In this document: positions 34,546 through 47,910 of the stretch, one piece after another
How the letters are laid out: the number at the start of each line of letters is the position of its first letter
Numbering within the stretch: position 1 is the stretch's first letter
Source of the DNA: Amoebophrya sp. A120
Lineage: Eukaryota; Protista; Dinoflagellata
DNA: 63,421 nucleotides
Direction: 5' to 3'
Assembly: GCA_905178155.1 (NCBI GenBank)
Contig: CAJINV010000007.1
Coordinates: 2,585,730 to 2,649,150, forward strand
Notes under the pieces: generated by a model
What the model was told of the DNA's origin: nothing
The model's database searches: none
What the model saw: only the letters and a program-made list of their open reading frames with translations
Translations under genes and position numbers: made by a program

Positions 34546-34768
34546 TTCCTGGAATCGGTTTTCGAAGGATTCCTGGAATGTAAAATGGATTCCATTCATC
34601 TTGGACGCCTCCCGGAATTGGTTTCAATCATGGAAGCACTAGAACACCCTGGCACCTCCTGGAATAGTAAAATGGACTCCTGGAATTGTAAAATGGATTC
34701 CATTCATCTTCTTGGGCGCCTGTTCCCGGAATTGGTTTGAATAGAAGCACTAGAACATCCTGGCGCCA
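34546..34768. repeat. Degenerate nested tandem duplication (~107-bp period) built on TCCTGGAAT..GTAAAATGGA subunits
   Basis: TCCTGGAAT(T)GTAAAATGGATTCCATTCATCTT..CCCGGAATTGGTTT..GAAGCACTAGAACA.CCTGGC occurs at ~34572-34655 and ~34678-34768, with extra TCCTGGAAT units nearby. Confidence 0.85.
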
Positions 34769-35055
34769 GCGTCGGCGGAGGAGGGTGAGTATGGGTAGAT
34801 GTTGTGAACATAACGTGACCGTTCGTCGCGCCGGGGTCATAGCGCAAAGTCGTGGAGGACGAGGAGGTATTGATTACTATAAACAAGCCGTGGTGAGAAA
34901 AATGAAGTATTATTTGCAGGAGCTTAGCAATCTTGTTTCGGTCGATGTAGCAGACCGACGTGAAATATGACGGACTCGATAAACTGGGCCAAAAAAGAGG
35001 AGACAGCCACGGAGCACCACCAGAGCAAGGACCATGGTCGTTGTTCGGACCTCCC

Positions 35056-38000
35056 TTAAGCTGCGGCCGCAGTCTCAATGAGGGGAATCGCTTCAACTGC
35101 TTCCTTGATCTTCTTGGCGGTCGAAGATGAGTCTTCTTCTTCCCCCCCTGTTGCTGTAACTGCAGCGGTCGCTGATGTTGGTGAACAAGTGGACGGTGCC
35201 GTCGAACACAGCTCCGACTGCTCTTCTACCTTGCTCTCAAGAGGTGTTGTCTTAATCACGACGACACTGCTGGCATCGGACGTTAATGTCTCAGTTCCGC
35301 ACAGCACGCTGGCTGTGTTTGCAGCTGCGCCTGCTGGTGGGACGAGTTGCTCAGAAGTTGTACAGGTTCTGCCTGCACCAAAATCCTGCCCAGCTGGAAC
35401 GTTATCCTCCACGGACAAGTTTGAGGTGAGCGCATTGATGCTGTCCGTGGTTTTCTCGGAGTTCGAGGTGCTGTCTGCGTCGGAGTTCTCCGAGACCGCG
35501 GACGCCGCCGGAGACGACAAATTACTGGTCGAATGAGCGCCCTCGACCTCTACCTTCGACCGCTTCGGCTCCGGCTCTGCATCGACGGGGGATTTCGATG
35601 CTGTGTTTGTCGTTGTAGCTACGCCGTCAGATGACAGTCCTCCTGCTGCTGCTGCAACCACGACATCGGAAGTGGATTTTTCCTCGGAAGAGTTTGTGTT
35701 CTCGGTTTCTTTCTGCTGTTGCTCACTTGCGGCGGCAAGAGCCCGCCCGGCGAGTAGAGGAGCGCCGGGGACAGGACGGACGATCATCATACCTGTTTTT
35801 TGATCGTTTCTTGTGTGTTTCGTTTGGCTGCACGCAAGATCTTTGCGAGTTTGTCATGCGGAATTTCGTATAAATCTAGCTCGTCTACGTAGTATGTTTA
35901 ACGAACAGCAACTAAAAAGAGAGAAAATTGAGAAAACTTCTTTCTACTCATGTTGTCGCAGCCCACGCCCATGTCTGTTGACGGCGACTCGGCGACGTTG
36001 AAGTTCAAAAAGTCGGAGCAAACGGCGTTCAACTCCACGTCCACCTCCGCGTCGCCGCTGCCCTTGGCCGCTCGGTGCTTGTAGATCCGGTCGTTACACC
36101 AGGCGACGAGGGATTCGTTGCTTTGTTTTTCGAAAATCCCATCGCATCCGATAATCAGATAGTTGTCGTCGCCGGAAAGGTGAGTTACCTGTCATGGTTC
36201 GATACAAGAATTATCGTCATGATCGTCCTTTTTCATTTTCTGCAACTACAATCATTGAACTTTAAAATTTTATTGTTTGTGACATAAATCGCGATCGCGA
36301 AGATCAATCTGCATGAAGACTCCAAAACTGTCCATATACCGAGACGTCCGGCACGACGCAGATCCGCTGCGCCTCTGGCGCGAGTGCTTTGTCCTTGTAG
36401 ATGAGGTCGCCCATGGCTCGGCTCAGGTTCAAGTTTGAGTCCACCCGGCCCTCTTCGGACACCGTGCCGCCGGACGCGAGGATGCGTTCCCGCTCGGACG
36501 GGTTGGTCGGTTTGTGATCGAAGGAAAGCGGCACGCCGGCCCCCTGTCTGCACAGAACCGCCCGGGAGTCCCCTATCAATCGCAAAAGTGTCTGGGTCTG
36601 GAAACTTGTGATGCTAAAATGTGAATGATGGAAACAGTTCCGAATGCAACCCAGCATTACAACTTTAGAGAACGCTTTCTCATAGGCAATCCGCATGAGA
36701 AACTGCGTTTTTGCATGTACAAAAGAGGCTGCGACTTTTGTTGGTTATGCAATGCAGATTTTCATTTCTAGCTATGGAAAGCTAGCATTACAAGTTTCAA
36801 CCTTCCAGACCCAGACATTTTTGCAGTTCATATCCCCGGCGTTCGCGCAAAAAGCGACCATCTGGTCCATCTTGTCGTCGTATTGGAGCAGGACGACGTT
36901 CGCCGTGCAGCCCTGGGATTCCGGGTTAATGCCCGACGGGCCGTCGTCGAAGAGACCCCCGTATGCATTGCAAATATGTCTGGGTCTGGAAAAGTGCCAG
37001 GTTTGTCATGCATACGTAGCGCGACCCATGACGCCTGCAATGCATGACCTAGCATCACAGATTTTCAAAACGCTTGTTTCTGGTGACTAAGCTGCATGAG
37101 AAATGTTGCCCTCTCTGTGTCGCACAAACCGGACCCCTATTGCTGGCGACGCAGCACAGATTTTTTGAGAATCCAAAGACAGCATCACAAGTTGTATCCT
37201 TCCAGACCCAGACACATTTGCACTGGATACCCCGGCAAGCAGGTCCTCCACCTTCAGGTCGTCGTCGTCATCGTCGTCGTCATCGGGGTTAAGACCTGGT
37301 TTTTTTTCTTGAAACAGCTTAACCAAGCTGCAGAGCGGACGAACAACATTGATAGCATACGATGTGGCAATGAAGCACGACGAGCAGCACCCAGGCGGGC
37401 TTCATTCCAGTTCGTCATAATGGCAGCAGGAGGCAGGAATAGATCTACTCAAGTACAACTATGCGCTACTAGGCAAGGCAAGAACTTAATTCATATCCAT
37501 ACCTTTTTTCGGCGGCTGAGGGCCGATGAAGAACTCGTCCCCACTTGAGGAGTCGCTGTCTTCCTCCTTCTTTGCTTTCGCTTCGGCAGCTTCGGTTTTG
37601 TTTTTGTTCATGACAAAAATGTCGTCAATATCGTCGTCGTCCTGTTCCAAAGAGGTTCGGTTCGTCAGTTCGTCGATGCTTTTCGCGAAGTCGAGACCAG
37701 TTTTGTCAAGCGGAAGTTGTTCTTGCCCACGACTACCACCTGGAGATTTCGCGTTTTTCTCCCTTGGTTCTTTATCTTTCGCACCAGCACTCCCGGGTGA
37801 CTTCTCCTCTTCCGATGAGGTCGGCAGTTTCCCATTCGGCGGCATGGCCGGGCCAATCATGCCGTTTGGTGGCATCGCCGGGCCGATGATCGCCTTGTTT
37901 TCATTCTCTTTATCTTTTGGCGATTTGGAGGAGCTTGTTGCCGGCCCGTTGCCGACTTCGATGATTGGACCGTTGGTGGTAGGCCTTGTTTCGCCGTTCT

Positions 38001-39257
38001 TCTGTGGTGATACTGATAGTGACTCGGATTCCTCTATTTTTATGTCTACAACATCTTTCTTCTTTTTCTTGTCCTCTAACGCAATCACCTGTGCCGGGGG
38101 CATGCCGGTGACCGCCGGGGGTGTTTTGATACCGTCCTCATCTTCCTCGTCGGCTCCGTACTCTAGGTAATTGGCGTTCAGAATGTCTTCCTCATCCAGA
38201 ACTTGCTGGTCGCGCTGTAAAAGGACAAGGAGATCATGAGGTTGAGTGTAGATTGATCATATATCGAGGATTTATTGCTAGTCGCATACTTACAACAACA
38301 ACTTAGCACGACCATGTTGGATTGGATATTGAAAATGTTCATCTGATACATAATACACAGACACGTCGACGCAACGGTCTGTTATGCTTATGAACAATAC
38401 CATGCAAGAAAAAAAGCGGAAGAGTAGAGGATCACATCCACACGTAAATAAAACGCGCAGGCATAGGTCGTGGTGGTCTTTTACCAGTAATTGCTGCAGT
38501 ATGCTGCCTCGATGTCTGACGTCGTCATCGTCGTCTTTTTTTTCCTTCTCCGCCTTTGCGCCGATGATTCGCAACTCCTTTCGCCCTTCTGCGGAGTCGA
38601 GGTACTTATCCATCGCGATGAACGCGGCTCGGAGGGCTGGATTGATGTTGTTGTTTGTCATGCACAATAGGCAAGTAGTGCCATAATGCAACCTGCTTCT
38701 ACCTTTCAGTAGCAGGATCACGCAGTCAAATCTTCAATGCGAAAGCGAGGACAAGCACAATAAGAAAAGCTCTTACAGATCTACAGCAACGTCCCTTTAT
38801 ACCTTCCTGGTAGTTCTGGTCACCAAAGGCCTCTTGGCTCTTGAGAATTTCGGGAAATTTTTGCGCAACCAGCTGCGCTACCGCGGCACCGCCGTGGCCG
38901 TCGAAGACGGCGAACAGTGCGAGGTTGTCCGCGAAGTCCGGGAGATGAATGTGCGCATCCTCCATTGAACGACGCCAACCTGAGAAGGAGAATGAGACTC
39001 GATCGAGGATGAATAACTATCACGCTGAAAAGACCAAGTACTTTTTGCGCGACGAGAGGAAACGTTATTTGGCGCCTCAGCATTGGTTTGTCATGCCTGA
39101 AAAGTAGAAGCATCGGGTGTGGGTCGTTCTTATCCACTTGCAATTCTTTTCTACCTTGCATCGCACTGAAGCCGAACCGCCATCTCCCGCCTTTTCCCTG
39201 CCCCTCAGCGGTTTCCTTCTCCTTGTTGGCCGCCGGGAGATAGATGCTTTGACCCAT
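35056..39257 (-). CDS. Protein phosphatase 2C (PPM1G-like, with a large acidic insert), 9 exons
   Basis: Starts MG. Motifs assembled across junctions: AMQG/WRRSMEDAH, FAVFDGHGG, GCTANVV, ANAG/DSRAVL, DHKP, LNLSRAMGD, IIGCDGIFE, GCDNMS/MMIV. GT-AG introns: 38980-39154, 38637-38802, 38215-38484, 37296-37502, 36189-36339, 35793-35947. Two non-canonical TIR introns are also present. Confidence 0.93.
36574..36832. mobile_element. Introner element 2 (non-canonical intron ~36573-36836, GG-AG register)
   Basis: 30-bp TIR TATSAAYYGCAAAARTGTCTGGGTCTGGAA (26/30). Direct repeat TCCCC at 36569-36573 and 36833-36837. Removal restores ANAGDSR. Confidence 0.93.
36962..37229. mobile_element. Introner element 3 (non-canonical intron ~36961-37233; no AG acceptor in any register)
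   Basis: 30-bp TIR TATSCAKTGCAAATRTGTCTGGGTCTGGAA (27/30). Direct repeat CCCCG at 36957-36961 and 37230-37234. Removal gives LLAG-GLFDD..GCTANVV in frame. Confidence 0.92.
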
Positions 39258-41698
39258 GGTTTTGGAATAGAAAACAAAAATGTAGTAAAGCAATAGCAAA
39301 TAAATTCAAACCGATGCCGGCCTCGCGATGATATCTGAAATCATATAAACTAACAAGCTTGACACCTCGCCAAATTAGATACCAGAAAATAAAACGCAGG
39401 AAAAATGTCGCGAAAATTTTTCAGGCTACGGTAGCATATTAGCGTAAACAAGTACAATAATCGCTAGCAAGAACAGACAAAGATATGCAAGACGAAACTA
39501 GTAGTGAAGTCCAAATCGCTTATCCTTGTGTGTCAATCTCAATTTAAATCTAATTGTGTTTTTTGTCCTGTCGTCGGGATGTTTGGAAAAACGAATTGTG
39601 CTTCTGCTCTAAACAGGCAGGCTGTACTACTTAATCGATCCGCATGGGCATGCCGACCATTCTGACCAACATAATACAGTCAGAGAAACAACAAGACAAC
39701 TTGAAATCGATCTTCGTCTTCATTAGAGAGGATATATCAAAGCACCGGAAACACACAACTATGGAAAATGGGAAGAAAAACTTCCTCCTTGAGCAAAAAC
39801 ATTTGGGAGAGGAGGGGCATGACAGGGATCAAGATCGACGGAAAGTGATCAAAGCACTAGAGCCCTGCTCTCGCTCCAAGTTAAAAACATTGCTGCGACA
39901 CTTCTTAATATTGATCATCAAACTCGCAAACGCGGTCTTTGAAATTGGATCATCGAGCGAATGCGTTCATGTCTCTGCCATGTTTGTGAGGCCAAGCAAC
40001 CGCAGATTCCGATTGATGAATGCGGATCCATACATTGCCATATTAGACTCAACCAAGGTCCAGGGAAAGAGGCCATTTCTGATCAGATCATCACTTCCAC
40101 AAATTTTCGTTTCTTGTGCTACGCCTTACTTTTTTGAGGCGCGCGTGCTATGCAACTACTGTTTTGCAAAACTCGAACACGAGGAACATCAACATCCTTC
40201 ATCAACACACGACAAGCACCCTGGCGCAGAACTACGTAACTTCGTGCTGATTTTTCCGAATGATGAAACGAACAGCCACTTCCCTTTCGGTTCATTTCTT
40301 GTTCGACGCCCTCGCAATAACTGATTAGCAGCCGAGTCGCTACACCAACATCATCGGTGCTGCAGCGGTTTTCCATAAATGGCAAAAGGCATTTACGTAA
40401 GTTTTGGGAAACAGCTGCTTCAACAAAACTTACTCGCTTGACTAAACCCGAATGAATTTACTCGCCGGTTCGTCCTTCTCAGCGAAGATAAAAGCCAGCA
40501 CACGATCAACAATTGCTACTTTTTGTTTTTTTTTCTCATATACAAAAAAAAAATAAACCACGAATTGAAATTCAGCTGCGTACTGCTTGTTCTACGAACG
40601 AGAATAAGAATACGGCATCAAAACATCAAAGGGAAAAACAAATTGCGAAACTCAACCACACACTGCTCCTCCGCATTTACGATAAGCACAAAGTGAAGCA
40701 AAATTGGAATTGGCTTGGTTCATAAAAACTTCACGTTGGTTCGATCGTCCAGAGGCGAAATTATAGATGAAAACGAAAAGGCATTTGTATTGAGTTGCTG
40801 GGATCCTCCCGATCCCCTTCTGTCCGACATAGACAACAACGACAGCCAACAAACAATCCAGAAGTTGTCACCCTTTATTCTAATATCTTGGAAATACGAA
40901 AACCTGTAGTTGGATTCGCTCCACCTGTGATAGTCTTAGTAACGACCATGTACACACGTTATTGATGGCTACTGCTTTAGGACACTACAGCAAGAAGGTC
41001 GTGATGCGCAGTATTGAATGAAGCTTTTCGTCGTGCGTTAATGAACGATGGGAACCTCAATGGCACAGCGGTACTGCAGAATGGAAGTTTTGGCTGTTCC
41101 TCTTCTTTTTGTGAAAAGCAAAAAAGGCTACGCAAAAGTGGATAAAATATTGTCATTATGTTCTAGATGAATGCCTTCGCGTTTACTGGTGTTGATGTGG
41201 CGTGGCTACAGCAACATCTCGCTGGTGTAGCGTTAGCATTTTCATTTTCTCCTCTGAGGCATGCGCATGGCAATTTCAATATCAAAAGGATTCAGCAGCA
41301 CTCTCTTCAAGCGTAATTCATAATCGAAGTTCTTGTGCAACTCCATATTTATTAGGAAGGCGATTTCGTAAACGTACGCATTTCTTTTTATCTTCTACGT
41401 TACTCTAGAAAAGCGCTTTGAGTCTACGGCTTCGTGTGAACGAATGGTTTTTTGATTGATATTTACTTTACCTTTACCAGGCTGGAGCATTGTATTGCAG
41501 GATACTTAACTGTTTCATATTGACGGCTGGCCAATGATCATGCTTCGAATTCGATTCCGAGTCACGATCACGATTAAATTATGACATTGACAGGTCACTT
41601 TCTTTAGTATACAGGGTTAGGATTTAGATTTTTCGAATCTAGTGGGGCTTGTTTCATATGGAAATCGCAATCGACTCAACAGAGGAGCCACTAATATT

Positions 41699-44600
41699 TT
41701 ACTCATGTTCCGGCACGGGCGGCATGTTGGCTAAGTCAGGGCTGGAATGAAAGTCCGGCGATCGTGACACGGACGTGTCCCGGCTTCTCGGATCCCGGAG
41801 CGTTGGTCGGCACAAAGCCTGTGGCAGCGACCCCCGGAGCGAGACTCGGTGGTTCACTCGGTACTCTCGTAACGCTTTCGCGGTCACGTTGTGCACCACC
41901 TGTCTGAACCGATCGCACGCGTGGTGTTCGCCGCATTGCACTTGAAACAAATCTTGCTGATCGGCGTCGGTCACACCGTTCTTCACAAGACCCGTTTCTT
42001 GCTGTAACTGCTGTTCCAGCCGACGAAGCTGCGCGGACACGGAATCTTCTTGTTCGTTATTTTCGACGTTTGGAGATGAAGATACGCCAGAAGGAGCAGA
42101 CCCATTTTGATTCTCCCCTGGTACTGTAATTTGATCGTGGTCAACAAGGTCGGGCGACTCCCGACCCGGTTCAATCCCGAACAAGCTCGCAGAAGATCTC
42201 CCGTTCATCAAGCCAAATTGGTCGGTCTGGTTCGTCGTGTCGTGATGTGAACTGTTGTTCAGCACGGGTTGCACTGCTAAACTGCTGTCGTTCCCGTTGT
42301 TGTTCTGGACCAGGTGATTCGCTAAAGCCTCTTCAATCGCGGAGCTGGTCAATGCCCGCGTTGCGATCTGCTCCCCTTCCGTGAGCGACGGTGCTGCTGG
42401 AGCTTCTACATCAATCGGTGGAGCGTGCGTGAAATCAAACGGGTAGGAAAGAAGTCGGCGGTAGTTTTCTTTTTGCAGGTTATGATCAGGTGGTGGTTGT
42501 CCTGCAGTTCCCGTTGCGAGTCCGCTGCTCGCCGTCGTGGTCATCCGGGGCTGCAACAGTGGGGACGTGGAAGCCGACAACCGGGGAGACGGGAGTTGCA
42601 GGGAGCTCTTTTTCGCTGGGAGAGACAAAACCGGGACCACGGGCGGCTGCCGCGGACTGGGCGGGAGGGTGGTGCCTTAATATCAGGAGAAGATTTTTCG
42701 TAGATACGCAAGTCTACTAGTAAGAACGTCATGTCTATTTCCTAAGTCGATCCTTATGTTCGCCTCTAGCTCGAGGCAAATTTCATTTTCGGAAGGGGAA
42801 AGCATGGCAGCAGCCCTAGTATGTTCATCCAGCAGCTCTACGCAGAAACAGAATGCAAGTGGAAATAAAAGGAGGCGCAAAAATTCCGAACACATACCAC
42901 TGGTCTTTGCCGGCGGTACCACACCCAGGTTCTTTCCTCCCCCCGTACTGTTCCTGCTCTGTTCCTCAGCACGACCTCCAGGTGGGTTCTGCAACTGCGG
43001 CCTGGGGCTCACCGCCGGACTGTTTTGCACTACTCGAGGGGCTAGCTGCGTCGTGCTGATCAGCCGCTCGGAAACGACTCGGCCCTGGTCCGGCCTGGGG
43101 GATTTGGAAACCACGCGCTCCGATACCACACGAGACGCGGTCCAGATACCGTTCAACTGTCATTTTGTGGTTCGAACTTTCGAAAAAGATGAGACGGAAA
43201 AGTGAGTACTAGAGTCTGTGATGCAAAACAACAGATGCAAATTCAGTTGTGCACATCAACACCGTAAACTTAAGTACCACCGATGGGTGCCTCTCATCCC
43301 CTCCTGCGCCGGGAACAACACTGTTTTGAGGCGGTCGCGGGCTGACGCCCTGCTGTGAAGCGCTGTCACGCGGTGTGGCAGCGGGCCAGGGGGATGTCGT
43401 TCTAGATGCCGGCATCGTGGTCGTAGCACCACCACCAGCCGGAGCGGACAACAGAGGCGGCTGCGTCAACGGTGCCGATCCGATCGTTGAGGAGCTGCCC
43501 CCTCCTGTTCGCCTCTGCTTCTGGGCTGTATCCTGCACCTGGGCTGGCGGACTTAACAGTGGCTGTGTGCTCTTTCTGGACAAGGAAGCAGCGGCTGCCT
43601 CGCGCTTCTGTGTCTGTTCCGCGGGGGCTGTGATTATAAACCCAGCGAAAATACGTGTTTTGTTCCATTTGAAAAGATGGCGTGCAATCTAGCCGAGAAA
43701 AGAGTGGTCCTGGCACAGGTACTAACTCAGGTCAAACTCCAAGAAAGAGAATCAATTTATCAAATTCAAAATGAAAAAGAGTAGAAGCATTCTTGTAGTA
43801 CGTACTCACCTTTCTGCTCCCCCGGTTCCTTGATTTTCAACGAGGACCGAGATCCCTCTAAACGTTTGCAGTTCGGCCAGTCCTGGTACTCCGAATGCAC
43901 TAACGGTGGCACCGCCGTCTGCGGCGCGGCGGGCTGCGCAGACTCTTCTGCAGCAAAAGGAATCGCTTGCACTTCCGGAGCCGCCGCTGGGGGGTCGACG
44001 TGTACAGAAGTCGTGCTTTCTCTTGCTGCTAGCTCCTTCTTCGCAGCTTCAGTTATTTTTTTCTCAACTTTCTCTACCTCTCCGGCTGGAGAAGGAGATG
44101 AAGCCGCGGACATCAAAGTACTACTTTTATTCTCCTGCTTCGTCTTTCTTTGCTTCGCCGGACCGCCAGTGTTGGATGACGTGCTGCTTCTCGCTGCACT
44201 CTTCGCCGACGATCGTTTTCCAGTCTCGCTTTTCTTCCCTAGAGCCGCAGTAGCCTTCACGTTCGGTTTTTTGGTCGCAGAGGCCCTCCGTAATGCGCGG
44301 GATCGACTGCCTTGCTGGGAGAGAGAATTGCTGTGCTCTTCCGTCTCCCCGCTGGACATGATCGTCTCTAACGGTGGCGGCTGTCTCGGTTTGCTCGTGC
44401 GCGTGTTGCGGAAAAGTTTTTGCAGGTTCGGTTTTTTAATGCTGCCGTCGGAATTTGATGTTTTGTTGCCTGCACTGTCGATATTGTTTGCTCTCGCCGG
44501 AGCCGTGTTCCGGGCATTGGATAGGCCGGTCGGGTTGGTCCCTACATTTAAAACATTTTCGCCCACCACGACGTCCGTCTCTTCTTCCAACGACCCCGCA

Positions 44601-47163
44601 CTGTAGTTCGCCCGACCGATGTGGCAGGTGGGCGGCGCGGACGCGCGTAGCCGGATCTGGTCCTGGCGCATTTGGTCTTCGGTCATGGGAGCGTCTTTGT
44701 CCAAATCCTCGAGCACAGCGCCAAGATTAGCTAAATCTTCGTTGTTAGGCACGGCAGCCGGAGCGTCTTCCAGGATGGTGCCGGAGTTGATGGCCTAGTG
44801 TGGAAAATTGCACTTCTCTTCGGAGCGTCAAAATATTCCCATTCAGCTGTTCAATATGATGCACACGATCATCAACGAGCATGCCACAGCAAGTCCAATT
44901 CGCACACTACGCCGCAGTGGAAACTAGTACAGTTACAAATACAAATACTCCTTACCTCCTCAGCCGCGTCTTGCTGTTCTCCCTCTTCAGAGCCCTTACT
45001 CGTGGTTTTCCGAATGAAAGATGTTTGCATTTCCGTCGTCCGCCCCGTCTTCAGCGCCCGTCCGGTGGCCTGCGAGCCTCGGGTTGATCCACCACGGATG
45101 TCGATCGAACTGCGCGCGGAACGATGGGAAAGGGTACCTGCAGGAGTAGCGGGTAGGTTCGAGCGTGAGACGCAGCCGGCGAAATTTCCAATGTTCATAC
45201 CGAACAAAGGTTCATGTTGCAAGGTAGGTCCATGTTAAGCGACATAGACCTGAATATAGTAAATCTACCAAGCTGCAATAGTACCTGGCAGTATATCCTG
45301 CACAGTGCTGGCCTCGTTTTTCATCTTCATCTGCATCAATTCTCCTTCCAAATCCGCAATCCGCTGCTTCAGCTGGACCAGTTCCAGTTTCAGCTCCGCG
45401 TTTTCCTTCAAAAGTGTCAGATTTTCCTCATCCTGCTGCTGAATTTGCGATCGCATCTCGTTCGCCTCGTTCTCCAGGTGCATCATGTCCTCCGGAGTGA
45501 GCGGCGGCACGACGGCGGTGCCATTTTCGGTAGTCAAAACCAGGTTGGAATTCAGGACAACACCTTCATGAATTTTCGTGGTCAAGGAATGGCTCAGAGT
45601 CAGACATACCCGATGCTATTACATGAAGCACACCGAATCAAACTCATCATGCCCAAGTTTCAAAAAAAATCAGCTCGTCCACCGCCTTGCTCCAATCCCC
45701 AGCATTTTGTATGAATACCTTCCCCGTTCAGTTTCTCTCTGCAGTATTGCAGGTATTTGAGCCGGCCGCGCAACTCCGCAACCCGGGCCACCTGGTTTGC
45801 GTATTTCTGTTCGGTGCGTTCGTGTTTGTGCACCAATTCCTCCATTTGTCGTTCGAATTTCTGCTCGATTTTCTGCTTGATAGGAATTTTCGCTTCCCGG
45901 GTCCGTTCCAGCACTTCCAAGTCATGCCGCACCTTCAACGCGTGCGCGTCTTGGCGACGGACCTGAAAAAGTTGATGTCATGTGCTTTATTTTGCAGCAA
46001 GAATGTTCTACTTCTGCAAGTGCCATGCACTGTTCTGTTTCGAGCACGTCGATTTCGGCGAAGTACGCTGCTCTCGTCATCTTCATCATTCATCGATACC
46101 TCCTTGCTCGTCGCATTAATCTCCCGATCCAGTTCCCTCTGCGCGCGGTTCAGACTCCGGCCCCGTTCCTGTTCCTGGAGTTGCAGGTCCCGAATCTGCG
46201 CTATGGGATTCTCAAATGTTACATTCTCAACTTTTACAAACATGATTTGTCATGCAAATTTGCCACCAAGCTCGCCACCATTAAGGTGCTTCGCATGACA
46301 AATCTCCGAAGTGGCTAAATAGCATGTAAATCTGTGCCAAATCTGTAATGCAAGAGGCGCAAGATTCCCCCATTCATTTTTGCCGTTCTTGCATTACAAA
46401 TTCATGTAACAGTTGAGAATGTAACATTTGAGAACGCCATATGCGCTTGGTGCGAGGCCTCGTTGAGCCTACGTTCCTTCTCCAGCATCAGTAAGTGGTT
46501 TACGAGCTCATCCGGCACCAACGCCCGCACGTTGCGGGGCGTGCCACTGCCGGACCGGGGCGTTTTGTTGTTGGTCATGCCGCGCGACCGGGTCGTGCCG
46601 CTTCCTGGTTGTTGGTTCAATATCCGCGTATTCGGGTGGTCGTAGTTTTCCTTCGGTGCGGCCATCGTGTGTGGCGTGGGTGAAACAGAGGCTGGAAGGC
46701 TGTATATCGATTTGAACGCTTTCGGCAACTTTTTGGAATGCTTCTGGCGACTTTTTGCGGACACCATCCTAGTGATGGAGTTCCAGGGGAGTTTACGCCA
46801 ACAGATTGATCATGATACACAAATGAAAGCTCAACGTGATCATCATCTCCATCTTCAACATCATCCATCTTTGGGAATTCTTTACTTAGTTTCGCCGCTG
46901 CCCCGGCCGGAGAGCAAGCAGTTGGTCTGGAAGGGGTCTGTGGGTGTTGGGGCCGCCGTACTGCAGTTGGAAGCCGGATTGAATTTGTTCATCCCTGGCT
47001 GGTGCTGCCCTCGCGCGGAATGCATTTTATTTCCTCCTGACGAGGTCTTTTTGTTTTTCCTTTCGTTTTGCGAAGATGACTGCATCTTCGCGGGCTTGGG
47101 TGGGGTCCGGGCGAAATGCATCTCCCCCGCCGCGGACACCTGACCCGCGACGGCCCGAATCAT
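41699..47163 (-). CDS. Large hypothetical protein with N-terminal coiled coils and a S/P/T/Q-rich low-complexity C-terminus, ~11 exons
   Basis: ORF pieces join in frame through GT-AG introns (e.g. 46769-46884, 45963-46099, 45564-45718, with further junctions near 45284/45138, 44955/44795, 43809/43628, 43278/43157, 42897/42676) and one TIR intron. Heptad segments such as LKENAELKLELVQLKQRIADLEGEL. No domain recognised; both ends are approximate. Confidence 0.7.
46202..46441. mobile_element. Introner element 4 (non-canonical intron ~46201-46445, CG-AG register)
   Basis: 37-bp TIR TATGG(GA/CG)TTCTCAAATGTTACATTCTCAACT(T/G)TTACA (34/37). Direct repeat TGCGC at 46197-46201 and 46442-46446. Removal gives SHQA-Q-IRDLQ in frame. 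Confidence 0.92.
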
Positions 47164-47910
47164 TCTGATCAAAACTGGTACCCGCCTTCACCTTCTTTCG
47201 TGCTGCGGAGGTGTCTTTGTTCCAAGACGTTGCTAATTTAAGTTAATTGTTGTAGTTTCTTGGATTATAATCCAACACGACCACATCACAGATTCACATT
47301 GATTGCACCAGGTTGATGTTGTGAGGCCTTTTCTATGCCTCGTTTGGTACACTTCTCAACAACAAGTGCACGACCTTGTTCCGGAAGATGATCAAGAGAA
47401 CCAAACCAAGAACGAAAACCAAGACGACAGACACGCAATGGGATCAATAACTTAAGCACGTTTTCGCAGATGAAACGTACATCAGCTGCAAGAAGTAGAA
47501 CAAAGGCGGCTTTTGTTGCGAAACAGAGAGCAAAAAGTGGTGCCGCGCTTTCGCGCGTGATGTTGTCTTGTCTGCCGAAAGCAACAGAGAACACCTTTCT
47601 TTAGCCATGTTCTGCAATCAACATCGCTAGGACGATGAGGAGAACTCAATCATCCACCCAACTTCTATCTGAAGAAGTGTAGAAAACTCGTTACTTCTCT
47701 GCGCAAATGCCCTAATAAAGGCCGACAGTGACAGATAACTTTTCATCCAACTGCTCCTCATGGGGCTGTTGGGCCTGCGACGTGTTTGCTTTTCAGATGT
47801 TGAGCACTCCAAACACAACAGTACTAGTACTGAAAGAAAAACCACTTGCGTGCAGGTATTTCATGTTCTTGAGTACATGTTCACGAAAAATGGGATCGCT
47901 GTCCTCTTCA

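Noticed and set aside
34546-34768. CRISPR-like interpretation of the repeated TCCTGGAAT units
   Set aside because: No constant repeat with unique spacers, no cas genes, and a eukaryotic context.
39644-40324. 226-aa plus-strand ORF
   Set aside because: No recognisable domain or coding-like codon bias, and it runs opposite to the unidirectional block; unsupported.
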